Shown: positions 9,615 through 19,019 of the stretch, piece after piece | Position numbering within the stretch: the first letter of the stretch is position 1 | How the letters are laid out: the number at the start of each line of letters is the position of its first letter | Assembly (NCBI GenBank): GCA_964534625.1 | Contig: CAZHRF010000008.1 | Span: 1 to 64,000 of the forward strand | Reading direction: 5' to 3' | DNA: 64,000 nt | Origin: an uncultured archaeon | Lineage (GTDB): Archaea; Asgardarchaeota; Heimdallarchaeia; Heimdallarchaeales; Heimdallarchaeaceae | Program-made: the position numbers and the translations under genes | The notes under the pieces: generated by a model | The model's database searches: none | What the model was told of the DNA's origin: nothing | Seen by the model: only the letters and a program-made list of their open reading frames with translations

Positions 9615-11687
9615 ATGGAGTTTTCTTCTTTACCTCCCGAAATTGTACATGTTTTTCCTTTACTTTCTTTAGAGGAACAAAAGGTGATTAATGAAGAAAA
9701 CACTATTTCAAACAATGCCTCCTTCATTGAATGCTCAAACTTTTTAATCAGTTGTAAAAGCAAACTTTCTTCGCCTTCTGACATTTTTAATTTTCTTCTC
9801 GGAAGGTTTTTGTATCACTCTGGCAATTACTCAGAATTGCAAAAAGAATATAACATAAATCCAACATCAGCAATTAGTTTATGGGCTATTTATTGGTTTA
9901 TTAATAAAGGAGACGCTTTATTATATGAAGATTTACTCAATCAGCTACTTGTAAGATATAAGGACAGTTTTTTATCTTGTTTTATTCATTACCTTATGGC
10001 TTGTAGTTATCTTAATCAAAAATCTCATGACAACTTTATCCGAGAACTAGAACATTGTTATAATTTTCCTTTACATACGAGTTCTTTGCATTTAAGAGAT
10101 AAAGTTCTTTATAAAACAATCATGGGTTATGTTATGATAATTGATGCTTCTCATCTTCAATTGCACTATAATCTTAACAAGGCAAGAGATAGATCTAGGG
10201 AGACCTTAAAACTGATTAATGAGATCAACGATCGTATTTTAATTCTTCATCTTTACAATTTAATAGGGGTCATAGAAATCGATTGCGGAAAGATTGAAAT
10301 TGGTCACCAATTTCTTTTAAAAAGTGAAACTATGGCTCAAAAACATGGAGAAAAACGCGCTTTAGTCAACATTAAAGCTGATATTGGTAATATGTATTTC
10401 CTTTTAGGTCATATAGACGATGCCAAGTATTTTTATTCACAGAGTTTCCAACTTTTAGATACTTTTGCTGATGATGATATCCTATTAACTCAGCTGTTGC
10501 ATGCTAATTATACTGATATTCTTTGGAGGCGAGGAAAAGAGGAATTAGCAATAGAGAACCTTGAGAAAGCTCTAAAAGAGATGGCGTTAAAGGGTTATAG
10601 GGATTTTTCTCTCAATTTAAAATATGTCGAATTTCTTTTATATTCGAATCGATTAGAAGAAGCTGAGAAAATACTTCAAGCAATATTGTTTCAAGAAACA
10701 AAAATACTTACAGAAAGAAATCTCGCGAATCTCTATTTTTTACAAGGGTACTTAGAATATGAAAAAAGAAATTTCGGAGAAGCGACAGTAAAATTAGAAA
10801 GCGCCATTCATCTAGCTGATGATCTCAATCTTGTCAACTTAAGTTCACAAATTTTAGTTTTACTCACTATTCTATTTTTACACAAATATGAGCTGACTGA
10901 CGATTTGGAGCAACTTATTGAGGCAGATAAGTGTTTAGAAGATATTATTACCTTTCTTAAAGAAAAGGGGAAAATTGCAGAACTTGCTGAAATCTTTTTA
11001 ATTAGAGCTAAAATCAAACTTTTATTGATGGAAATTGAATTGGCAACGACTTTTGTCTCTGAAGGAGAAACAATTGCTCGTAAATACAACCCTGTGTATC
11101 TTCAAAAGTACAAACACTTTGCTGAAAAGTTACAAACTATTAAAGAAACAAATTATGCTGAAGATAAATTAACTTTGCTAAAGCCCTTTGATAAAGAAAT
11201 TAACAATCTTAGGGAAATAATGTTAAGAGAATCAAAAAAAATTGAGATATCAAAAGAAGATAATCCTCTTGCTCTATTGCTTTTCCATCATAGCGGAATA
11301 CCCATCCGTACATATCTTTCTGAGGAGATACAGATTGATGATGATCTTCTCTTCGGGGGGTTCATATCCGCAATTAAAAATATCCTAGATGAGCTTTTTA
11401 TAGATGACAAACAAGGCGTTTTAACAGTAGATCATGGTTCTTATAAGCTATTACTTGAGTTTCATTGGAAATATTTTACTATAGTCGTTATAGCTTTCCG
11501 TGATAGTTATGTTCTCAGACGAAAAATGCATAGGCTTTTAGAGTTTATTGCCTCAAAGAACTATTTTGAGGGATCATTTAAAGGCAAATTAACCGATTCT
11601 CAAGCAAAAAGTCTAGATACGAAGGTAAAAGAATTATTCAATTTTCATGTTTCAGGGTTAAGTAAAGATATAGACTACCAAAAATAG
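9615..11687 (+). CDS. TPR-repeat protein with C-terminal longin-like domain
   Basis: TPR helices (LYNLIGVI, ADIGNMY); C-terminal HHSGIPI..DDLLFGGFISAIKNILDELF; start taken at ATG 9615. Confidence 0.8.
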   Translation: MEFSSLPPEIVHVFPLLSLEEQKVINEENTISNNASFIECSNFLISCKSKLSSPSDIFNFLLGRFLYHSGNYSELQKEYNINPTSAISLWAIYWFINKGDALLYEDLLNQLLVRYKDSFLSCFIHYLMACSYLNQKSHDNFIRELEHCYNFPLHTSSLHLRDKVLYKTIMGYVMIIDASHLQLHYNLNKARDRSRETLKLINEINDRILILHLYNLIGVIEIDCGKIEIGHQFLLKSETMAQKHGEKRALVNIKADIGNMYFLLGHIDDAKYFYSQSFQLLDTFADDDILLTQLLHANYTDILWRRGKEELAIENLEKALKEMALKGYRDFSLNLKYVEFLLYSNRLEEAEKILQAILFQETKILTERNLANLYFLQGYLEYEKRNFGEATVKLESAIHLADDLNLVNLSSQILVLLTILFLHKYELTDDLEQLIEADKCLEDIITFLKEKGKIAELAEIFLIRAKIKLLLMEIELATTFVSEGETIARKYNPVYLQKYKHFAEKLQTIKETNYAEDKLTLLKPFDKEINNLREIMLRESKKIEISKEDNPLALLLFHHSGIPIRTYLSEEIQIDDDLLFGGFISAIKNILDELFIDDKQGVLTVDHGSYKLLLEFHWKYFTIVVIAFRDSYVLRRKMHRLLEFIASKNYFEGSFKGKLTDSQAKSLDTKVKELFNFHVSGLSKDIDYQK

Positions 11688-11770
11688 GCAAAAATCAAAT
11701 GTGAAAATAAAAATTACAATCTACCATAAAATAAATATATTTAGATTGACTAATTAAATCAAGAATACTA

Positions 11771-13858
11771 ATGTCTGTTCCCGTCATAAAAAAAGGCTAT
11801 CCTAATGAAGTATTTATTTACATAAGTTTTTTTTCTCAAGAAGAAAAAGAGCTTCTTCAAAGTAAAGCCATAGAATTTAAAACAAATGATAGTTTAGAGA
11901 AAGTTAGTGATGTACTCACAAAAATATTACCTGAAATAGCTCATCCTTCTAGCTATTTCTTGTATGCTCTAGGAAAAGTTCTTTATATTACTGGTAGTTA
12001 TGAGTTGCTGCAGAAACTTTCAGATAAGTATGATGATCAAGCTATTGAATTATGGTATGCAAAGGTGCTTATACATCAAGGTGAAATTGAGAAAGCTGTT
12101 AATATAGCTACTAAGGCGATAGAAGGAAAAAACATCCCTTGGTTATTTACTTTAAATGCTATTCATTCAATGGCAAAAGTCTATCTCAATATAGGTAATT
12201 ATGAACAATTTGATCATTATAAAGAAAAAATGTTTCAGGCTTCTCTTACTTTACCAAGAATAGAGCCAAATGAAAAACCAATTATTAACGACATTCTTCT
12301 ACTAGGGCACATAGATAACATTTGGGCAGACAGATTCAATTTAGAACTTATCAAATTGGAAAATAAATGTAATGTTGCTCTTCAAATGGCTAAAGAATTA
12401 AATGATCGTGAACACATTGGCACGATCTATAATGTACTTGGTGTTATTAATCGTAATGCCGGTAAAGTTGATGATAGTCTTGAATACTTAGAAAAAGCTA
12501 AAAGTCTATTTGAAGAAATAGGTGATAAACGCGCTGTTGCAGTTACAAAAGGGAACTTAGGTCGTTTGAATATCCTCCTAGGCAACTTAGAAAAAGCAGA
12601 AGACATGTTTTTATCAACATTTGAAATATTTGACCAACTCCAAGATAAACGTAATATGGCTATGTTTTATTCTTCTTTAGGGAATATAGCCCTAGAACGT
12701 TCTAATTATAGTAGAGGAATAGAAAAATACACACAGTCCATAGAAATATTAGAAAAAATGAATTTGCATGAGCCACTCCCATATTGTGTCTTAGCTGAGT
12801 TATATTTCCAAAATGATGATTTGAGCAAATTAGATTTTATTATGGATACCATTGGAGAAGAAGTAAAACAAAAACCAGCAGGTATGATTGAAGCTTATTA
12901 TATCCTTCTTAAAGCCCTATTAGAGATTAAAGAACTTAATTATGGTCAAGGGGAAGAATTACTCAACAAATCTTTAAAGATAGCTGATAGAATAGGACGA
13001 GGAACACTCTCTGCCAAAATACTCATGAACCTTATCTCTTTGCATCTCAAGAAGTATGATTTATCAAAAAAAATAGAAGAGTTACATCATGCATTAAATT
13101 ACATCAGACAGGTGACACCTTATTTCAAAGAAGTTCATAGAGAAGAGGATCAGGTACCCATCTTGATTTTAGAAGCGAAAATCTTTACCATCATAGGCAA
13201 ATTGGACAAAGCATATAACGATTTACAGAAAGCAAAGAATTTAGCAGAAGAGAGTAAGAAGAAAGAGTTAATGTCTTTCATAACTGATAAAGTTCAATTA
13301 ATAGATCAAGCATATAAAGGAGAAAAAAAGAAAGAAACCATAGATTGGGGTAAAGACCCTTTCAGTAACGATATAGCTAAACTTGAAGAATATGGCATAA
13401 AATACATCCCTATATTACAAGAAGAAAAAATAATTACTCCATTAGCATTATTGATCTTACATGGTTCTGGTATTCCTTTACGGTCTTATATTGTAACTCG
13501 ACAAACAGTAAGGGATGAATTGCTTTTTGGTGGTTTTATTGTAGCAGTTAAAGATATGCTCGAAGAACTGTTCCAAAAGCCTAAAAGTCAAGTTATGGTA
13601 ATAACTTATGGTAATCATAAAATAATGATTGAGACATATGAAGATCAGTTTAGTTCAGTTCTTATAGCACCAAAGGATTCGTTTGCGCTTAGAAGGAAAA
13701 TACACGCGCTAAATACTGAAATAGCTAAATTAGACTTACCTAAAAAATTCGTTGGGAATTTGTCAGAAGAGTTGACGAATGAACTAGATAAGCATGTAGA
13801 GACACTCTTTGGAGACCTGCTTAAAGTGATATATGCAAAAAATAAATTTGTTATGTAA
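11771..13858 (+). CDS. TPR-repeat protein with C-terminal longin-like domain (paralog of upstream gene)
   Basis: IYNVLGVI, KGNLGRL, YSSLGNI; C-terminal HGSGIPL..DELLFGGFIVAVKDMLEELF. Confidence 0.82.
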   Translation: MSVPVIKKGYPNEVFIYISFFSQEEKELLQSKAIEFKTNDSLEKVSDVLTKILPEIAHPSSYFLYALGKVLYITGSYELLQKLSDKYDDQAIELWYAKVLIHQGEIEKAVNIATKAIEGKNIPWLFTLNAIHSMAKVYLNIGNYEQFDHYKEKMFQASLTLPRIEPNEKPIINDILLLGHIDNIWADRFNLELIKLENKCNVALQMAKELNDREHIGTIYNVLGVINRNAGKVDDSLEYLEKAKSLFEEIGDKRAVAVTKGNLGRLNILLGNLEKAEDMFLSTFEIFDQLQDKRNMAMFYSSLGNIALERSNYSRGIEKYTQSIEILEKMNLHEPLPYCVLAELYFQNDDLSKLDFIMDTIGEEVKQKPAGMIEAYYILLKALLEIKELNYGQGEELLNKSLKIADRIGRGTLSAKILMNLISLHLKKYDLSKKIEELHHALNYIRQVTPYFKEVHREEDQVPILILEAKIFTIIGKLDKAYNDLQKAKNLAEESKKKELMSFITDKVQLIDQAYKGEKKKETIDWGKDPFSNDIAKLEEYGIKYIPILQEEKIITPLALLILHGSGIPLRSYIVTRQTVRDELLFGGFIVAVKDMLEELFQKPKSQVMVITYGNHKIMIETYEDQFSSVLIAPKDSFALRRKIHALNTEIAKLDLPKKFVGNLSEELTNELDKHVETLFGDLLKVIYAKNKFVM

Positions 13859-14187
13859 CTTTAAAGAACTAACCTGAAATAGAATAAAAGATTAGGAAAT
13901 ATTCTTTTCCTGTAAACATACTGAAAAGTCAAAAAGCCCAATTTAAAGACAACTATGCCGATTACAGAAAAGCAAAATGCAGTCATGTTTTTTTATTATT
14001 CGTATTTTGTGGTATCAGAATCACCCATATAGTGCATAACTGAGAATTACACTTTCTGGAGGATGTTTTCCTCACTTTAATTCTAATATTACTATTTTGA
14101 GTTACAATCAAATTTGTTTTTTAATAAGGTTTATATGCTTTTATAGACTATAGTACAATTAAAAGAATATTTAGTAGGAATAAGAAA

Positions 14188-15084
14188 ATGATAGCTACGA
14201 ATGGTTTTTTTAATATGTTTAAAAAAGGTGATAAGGAAAAGAAAGCTATCTTCCATGGAGATACTGAAGATAAACGAGGCAAAAAAGACATTTTAGAAAT
14301 AGCTTTTTCTTCCGCTAGTTCCACCATACGTTTAGTCGATCTAAACTTAATAAAAATTAATCTTGAACCTGTGAAATTAATGGATCATCTGGTAAATGTT
14401 GTAATAAGTAAAAACCATCTCACCAAAATCGATTTAACTCCACTAGGTTCAAAGTCCTCTTTGTTGTTGCTTGATTTGAGAGAAAATAATTTAACTACAA
14501 TCGATTTACCCCCTATTTCATCAACGGTTAAACTACGTGAACTATATCTTGATCATAACTCTTTAACTCATGTTGATTTGTCCCCTTTAAGTACAATTTT
14601 TGATTTAGAGCGAATATTTTTAGGTTATAATAAACTAGAAATTATAGACCTTACACCTATTTCTCGTCTTAAAAAGATAGAATTCTTAAGATTTGATTGT
14701 AATAAATTAGAGTCATTTGATTTTGATTTACTAATTAACATGGATAATATAAGAAGTTTAAATATACGTTGTAATGAAATTAGGAGTATGAATCTTGAAC
14801 CACTTAGAAATAAGATAAACTTAGTGTCACTATCCCTAGGACATAATCCTATTACTTCAATAGATTTATCTCCATTATCAAATTGTAAAAAATTAGAAAT
14901 TATTCATTTGCTCGGAACACAAATATCAGAATTAGATGTGAGCCCATTAGAGGAATTAAAAGAATTAATAGAGGTACATGTTGACCCGACGGTGAAAATA
15001 AAGTGGACACGTGATGAACCAAATTATGATATCCTCCCTAGAGGTTTACAAAAACTCCAAACAAAAATTCAGGAAAATTTCTAA
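14188..15084 (+). CDS. Leucine-rich repeat protein (internalin-like 22-aa LRR)
   Basis: Repeats of LxxLxLxxNxLxxIDLxPL. Confidence 0.9.
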   Translation: MIATNGFFNMFKKGDKEKKAIFHGDTEDKRGKKDILEIAFSSASSTIRLVDLNLIKINLEPVKLMDHLVNVVISKNHLTKIDLTPLGSKSSLLLLDLRENNLTTIDLPPISSTVKLRELYLDHNSLTHVDLSPLSTIFDLERIFLGYNKLEIIDLTPISRLKKIEFLRFDCNKLESFDFDLLINMDNIRSLNIRCNEIRSMNLEPLRNKINLVSLSLGHNPITSIDLSPLSNCKKLEIIHLLGTQISELDVSPLEELKELIEVHVDPTVKIKWTRDEPNYDILPRGLQKLQTKIQENF

Positions 15085-15086
15085 CC

Positions 15087-15207
15087 TAGTCCTTCCGAAT
15101 TAAGAATATAAAATTGAGTTAAACGTGAGTTAACGTGTTTAAAATGGGGTTAAATTATTTTTTACATATTAATGCAGCTATATTTACACACTATTTTGGA
15201 ACTACTA
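15087..15207 (-). mobile_element. MITE copy 2
   Basis: Ends tagtccttccgaattaag...cactattttggaactacta match family ends; TSD only 3/5 (taacc/taaat); interior divergent. Confidence 0.7.
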
Positions 15208-15273
15208 TAAATATAATAAGACATATATGATAGCTCCAAAAATTTTTATGCCTAAAAAAGAATCTTATAAATA

Positions 15274-16569
15274 ATGAAACTGTATCAGCAATTATCTGAA
15301 GGAGCATTTCCTATTTCTGTAAATAATCTTTCTCCCTCCTTGGAGTCTTGGGTGGAAGAAGCAGAACAAAGAATTTTCTCATTAGCTACAGGTAATAGAC
15401 TGGGTCATATAGCTCCCAAAATAATGGCTATAGGATTAGCAAAGATCCTTTACTCAGCTAATGAGTTAGGATGTGACATTGACTCTGCAAAACCTTATAT
15501 GTTATTTGCACCCGATGGTACTATAACCTTTAATGGTTTACGTATCAAAAGATGTTTCTCGTATGGGGGAATACTCTCAGCTAGTTTTGGTTCATTAATA
15601 GCCACCAACAATAGTATGCCTAATGGTTGTGGTTTCTCGCTCTTTGAACTAGATCCATCATATACTGATGAGCAATTACTCACCCATCTTCACAATATTG
15701 ATGAAGAGATGAAAAAAGAGGATCTAAAAAACATAAGTAAAGGTAACCATTTTGCTTGTCTTTACGAAGTTAAAGACGCCATTACAGGTGAGGATACTGG
15801 CCGACGTATTGTAATGATTCATTGTAGTGGAAAAGAATCACGTAAAGAAAAAATCTATCATACTGACTGGCTAAGTGAACTAGATGGCTATTATTCTGTT
15901 GAAACACCTCATGGACAGATTTCTCTTTTAGAATCTGATGCAAAAGCCATGTATCTTGAAGAATTTCATGATTTTGATCAAACCAATCTTAACTATAAAC
16001 ATAAGCTTATGGCAGATATGTTTGATGGTTTTGACTATTCATTATTAACAGAAATAACTCATCAAGGTCTTACAAAAGATGGTAAAAAACATCTAATTGG
16101 GAGCCAATCACATGAAGAAGGTATTGTGCCTATCGCCTTTAATGCTGAAGAAGGTTCAATTTTAGTGAAAATAAAAAAGAATTTGTCTAAAGAATTCATA
16201 GAAAGGTGGGAATATAGAGAAACTATTCAAGAACTAGGTTATGAACAAATCCTTCAAAATAGTAATATTTCACCGCATGGGGGAGGTTATGAGCTCAAGT
16301 ATCCTATTAAATCATTCAATATGGTTCTAAATAAAGAAGGGCTGGAAACATTTACAATCCATGCAAAACCTAAAAACAACCAAAACCTTATCCTAACTGC
16401 CCATTCATTCAAAGAATTAAGAGAACATATAGTGTATAGGAGAAAACTACCTTTAATGAAGGAAATATTCAAAGCAGAACTAGTAGAACATAAATATGAT
16501 TTGAAACCACTTAAACAGATCCACCCGCGCCCCAGAGAACATATATATGGGATAATAGATAAAAGATGA
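15274..16569 (+). CDS. Divergent RtcB-like protein
   Basis: Colinear RtcB-type motifs: APDG, NGCG, GNHF, IHCSG, THQ, PHGGG, C-terminal LKPL. Confidence 0.65.
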   Translation: MKLYQQLSEGAFPISVNNLSPSLESWVEEAEQRIFSLATGNRLGHIAPKIMAIGLAKILYSANELGCDIDSAKPYMLFAPDGTITFNGLRIKRCFSYGGILSASFGSLIATNNSMPNGCGFSLFELDPSYTDEQLLTHLHNIDEEMKKEDLKNISKGNHFACLYEVKDAITGEDTGRRIVMIHCSGKESRKEKIYHTDWLSELDGYYSVETPHGQISLLESDAKAMYLEEFHDFDQTNLNYKHKLMADMFDGFDYSLLTEITHQGLTKDGKKHLIGSQSHEEGIVPIAFNAEEGSILVKIKKNLSKEFIERWEYRETIQELGYEQILQNSNISPHGGGYELKYPIKSFNMVLNKEGLETFTIHAKPKNNQNLILTAHSFKELREHIVYRRKLPLMKEIFKAELVEHKYDLKPLKQIHPRPREHIYGIIDKR

Positions 16570-16651
16570 AAATAGATCTGTAAAGATAGCGACTTAATGA
16601 GTTTAGCAATATTTTCTTGAAATTTATTTTTTTTCTAATTCATTTAATTTT

Positions 16652-16758
16652 TTGTACTTCCGAAATTGTGCTCTACTTATATGATTTCCGCGATGGGATC
16701 GCTAAAATTCACTTTAAATGAATAGATTCCTTGGATATTTCTTAATTGGTGAGGACTA
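16652..16758 (+). mobile_element. MITE copy 3
   Basis: ttgtacttccgaaattgtg...cttaattggtgaggacta; TSD atttt/atttt; interior homologous to copies 1 and 5. Confidence 0.78.
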
Positions 16759-16802
16759 ATTTTGAAGATAGTTTTAAAAATTAGTGCTAGAAATTAACTA
16801 GT

Positions 16803-17693
16803 ATGACTGCAAAGATAGGATTAATGGTTGACTCAGCTTGTGATTTACCAGATAAAATTTTAGAAAAGTATGACATGTATTTACTGCCTCTAGGGATAAC
16901 ATTTCCAGATGAAAACAAAACATACAAACACCGAGTTGATATAACAGAAGAAGAATATAATAAAAAAATAGCCTCAGCAAAAGAACACCCCCACACGACC
17001 CAAGCAAATGGTTATGACTTTGTTCAATTGCTTGAAAAAATTGAAAAGGATGGATATGCAAAAGTGTTTTATGTTTCCATAGGATCAGGTATTAGCGCTA
17101 ATTATAGCACAGTACAAGGCCATCTCAAAAGATATAAGAAAATGGGAGGAAAACTAGAAGTGCATATCTATGATTCACTTCAAGGCTCTATGGGAATCGG
17201 AATACAAGCAATTCGAGTTGCACTTTGGATACAAGAAGGTAAAAGTATCGATGAACTAGTTGAAGAATTAGACCTTTTCAGAAAGGAAAATATCAAAGTA
17301 ACTTTTACAGTGAAAAGTCTGAAATATTTAATGCGCGGTGGGCGTGTGAGTAAGCTCAAATATGCTTTTGGTTCACTCTTACATATTAACCCTTGTATGG
17401 AAGTTTCCATTGATGAAGGTAAATTAGAAGTATTTACAAAATCTCGAGATTACTTAGAATCAGTAGAAGTAATTGTTGATAGAGCATATGAGTATTTTGA
17501 GAATAAAGATAATCTTGCTTGTTATATAGTAGAAGGCAATGCGACTGAAGGGGCAGAAAAAGCTAGAGAATATATAAAAACCAAATACCCCGATATTACG
17601 ATTTATGATACATACAAGTTAGGTGCGGTTATCTATACCCATTCAGGTCCAGGAACAGTAGAAATAGTTTTATTCAAAGACTTCAAACACTAA
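16803..17693 (+). CDS. DegV/FakB fatty-acid-binding protein
   Basis: VDSACDLP, PHTTQ, YDSLQGSMG, LKYLMRGGRVS, THSGPGT. Confidence 0.93.
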   Translation: MTAKIGLMVDSACDLPDKILEKYDMYLLPLGITFPDENKTYKHRVDITEEEYNKKIASAKEHPHTTQANGYDFVQLLEKIEKDGYAKVFYVSIGSGISANYSTVQGHLKRYKKMGGKLEVHIYDSLQGSMGIGIQAIRVALWIQEGKSIDELVEELDLFRKENIKVTFTVKSLKYLMRGGRVSKLKYAFGSLLHINPCMEVSIDEGKLEVFTKSRDYLESVEVIVDRAYEYFENKDNLACYIVEGNATEGAEKAREYIKTKYPDITIYDTYKLGAVIYTHSGPGTVEIVLFKDFKH

Positions 17694-17861
17694 TCGGTAT
17701 ATAACTTCTTATTTTTCTTTTGTTTCTTAATCTCATTAACTTCTTTTCTCTTAATCTCATTTTCTTTAATATATCAAACCTCATACTTAAAATAGAGCAT
17801 GTGACAAAGGTTAATCCTTATAATCTTGTACGAGAACAATCAATGACAATGGAGAGATAAA

Positions 17862-18596
17862 ATGCATAGAGATATTTGGAATATTGCCCATAGAGGTTTT
17901 TCAGGAGCATACCCAGAGAATACGATGATAGCTTTTAAAAAAGCAATATTTAACCATGCAGATATAATAGAAATTGACTTACAATTAACAAAAGATAATA
18001 TTATCGTCGCTTTCCATGATAGAAAGGTAGATCGAATCTTGGCTGATCATAAAGGAAAACGTATTAAAGATTTTCATTACAAAGAGTTACAAAAATTAGA
18101 TGCGGGAAGTTGGTTCGATTCATCTTTTGAAGGAATAAAAATCCCTTCTTTGCATGATATTATGACCGAATTGCCGTCTAATATCTCATTAATACTCGAA
18201 ATTAAGGATACGAATCATATTTTGATTGAAAAAATGCTTAACTTACTCGATGATTATAGTCGGACACTTGGTAAAGGTTACATTTCTGTAAGAGATATGG
18301 AAACTTATTCTATTGTTAAGGAGCAGAATCAGAAGTATAAAATAGGTGTTATGCAAAAGAAAAGAACACCCGTAGAAACAATAGATCTGATCAAACAACA
18401 TGAGTTATCTATTATTCAGATTAGGTGGCGTAAATGGTCAGAAGATGAATGGGAAGAACTCTTGAGGATAAACCCTGTTATTACTGCTTATTATGCTGAT
18501 ACTATCCCCGATTATAAGTATCTAATAAACAAAGGAGGAAAGGGCATATTAACGAACTTCCCGAATAAACTTCACCAATTATTAAGGAAAAATTGA
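17862..18596 (+). CDS. Glycerophosphodiester phosphodiesterase
   Basis: IAHRGFSGAYPENT, IEIDLQLTKD, FHD, LEIK, GILTNFP. Confidence 0.93.
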   Translation: MHRDIWNIAHRGFSGAYPENTMIAFKKAIFNHADIIEIDLQLTKDNIIVAFHDRKVDRILADHKGKRIKDFHYKELQKLDAGSWFDSSFEGIKIPSLHDIMTELPSNISLILEIKDTNHILIEKMLNLLDDYSRTLGKGYISVRDMETYSIVKEQNQKYKIGVMQKKRTPVETIDLIKQHELSIIQIRWRKWSEDEWEELLRINPVITAYYADTIPDYKYLINKGGKGILTNFPNKLHQLLRKN

Positions 18597-18732
18597 TCAA
18601 TGAACACAATCACTACTAATTAAATTTTTCATAGATAGAATAATTTTATTGTTCGGTTGTCGTTGATCCTTTACTTTTTAGCTTTCTCTCATCTCTCGCA
18701 AATTTTTTTAGACTGTTCTTAATAGCTAGTTT

Positions 18733-18981
18733 ATGACTATTTCAGCTTACATATTATTCACAACAAAATTAGGAAAAACACCTGAAGTAATTAGTAAGAT
18801 AAGATCAATCACTCAATTTCAATCGGTAGCCGTAGTTACAGGTGAGTGGGATATAGTTGCCAGAATACAAGTTAAAGATTTAGAAGAACTATATGAAATT
18901 ACAAGCACTAAACTTCATCTGATTCAAGGAATAATAGAAACACACACAGCTGTAATTGAAAAAGAGTTAGCTAACGACTAA
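18733..18981 (+). CDS. Stand-alone Lrp/AsnC ligand-binding (RAM) domain protein
   Basis: AYIL..VTGEWDIVARI..I.GIIETHT; no HTH. Confidence 0.9.
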   Translation: MTISAYILFTTKLGKTPEVISKIRSITQFQSVAVVTGEWDIVARIQVKDLEELYEITSTKLHLIQGIIETHTAVIEKELAND

Positions 18982-19019
18982 TAGTTATTAAAATTATTAC
19001 ATGAGGAGTTGCAATCAAG

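Noticed and set aside
15087-16758. RtcB-like gene flanked by two inverted MITE copies, as a composite transposon
   Set aside because: Copy 3 has its own TSD (atttt/atttt), the outer flanks differ (taacc vs atttt) and the interiors are divergent, which points to independent insertions
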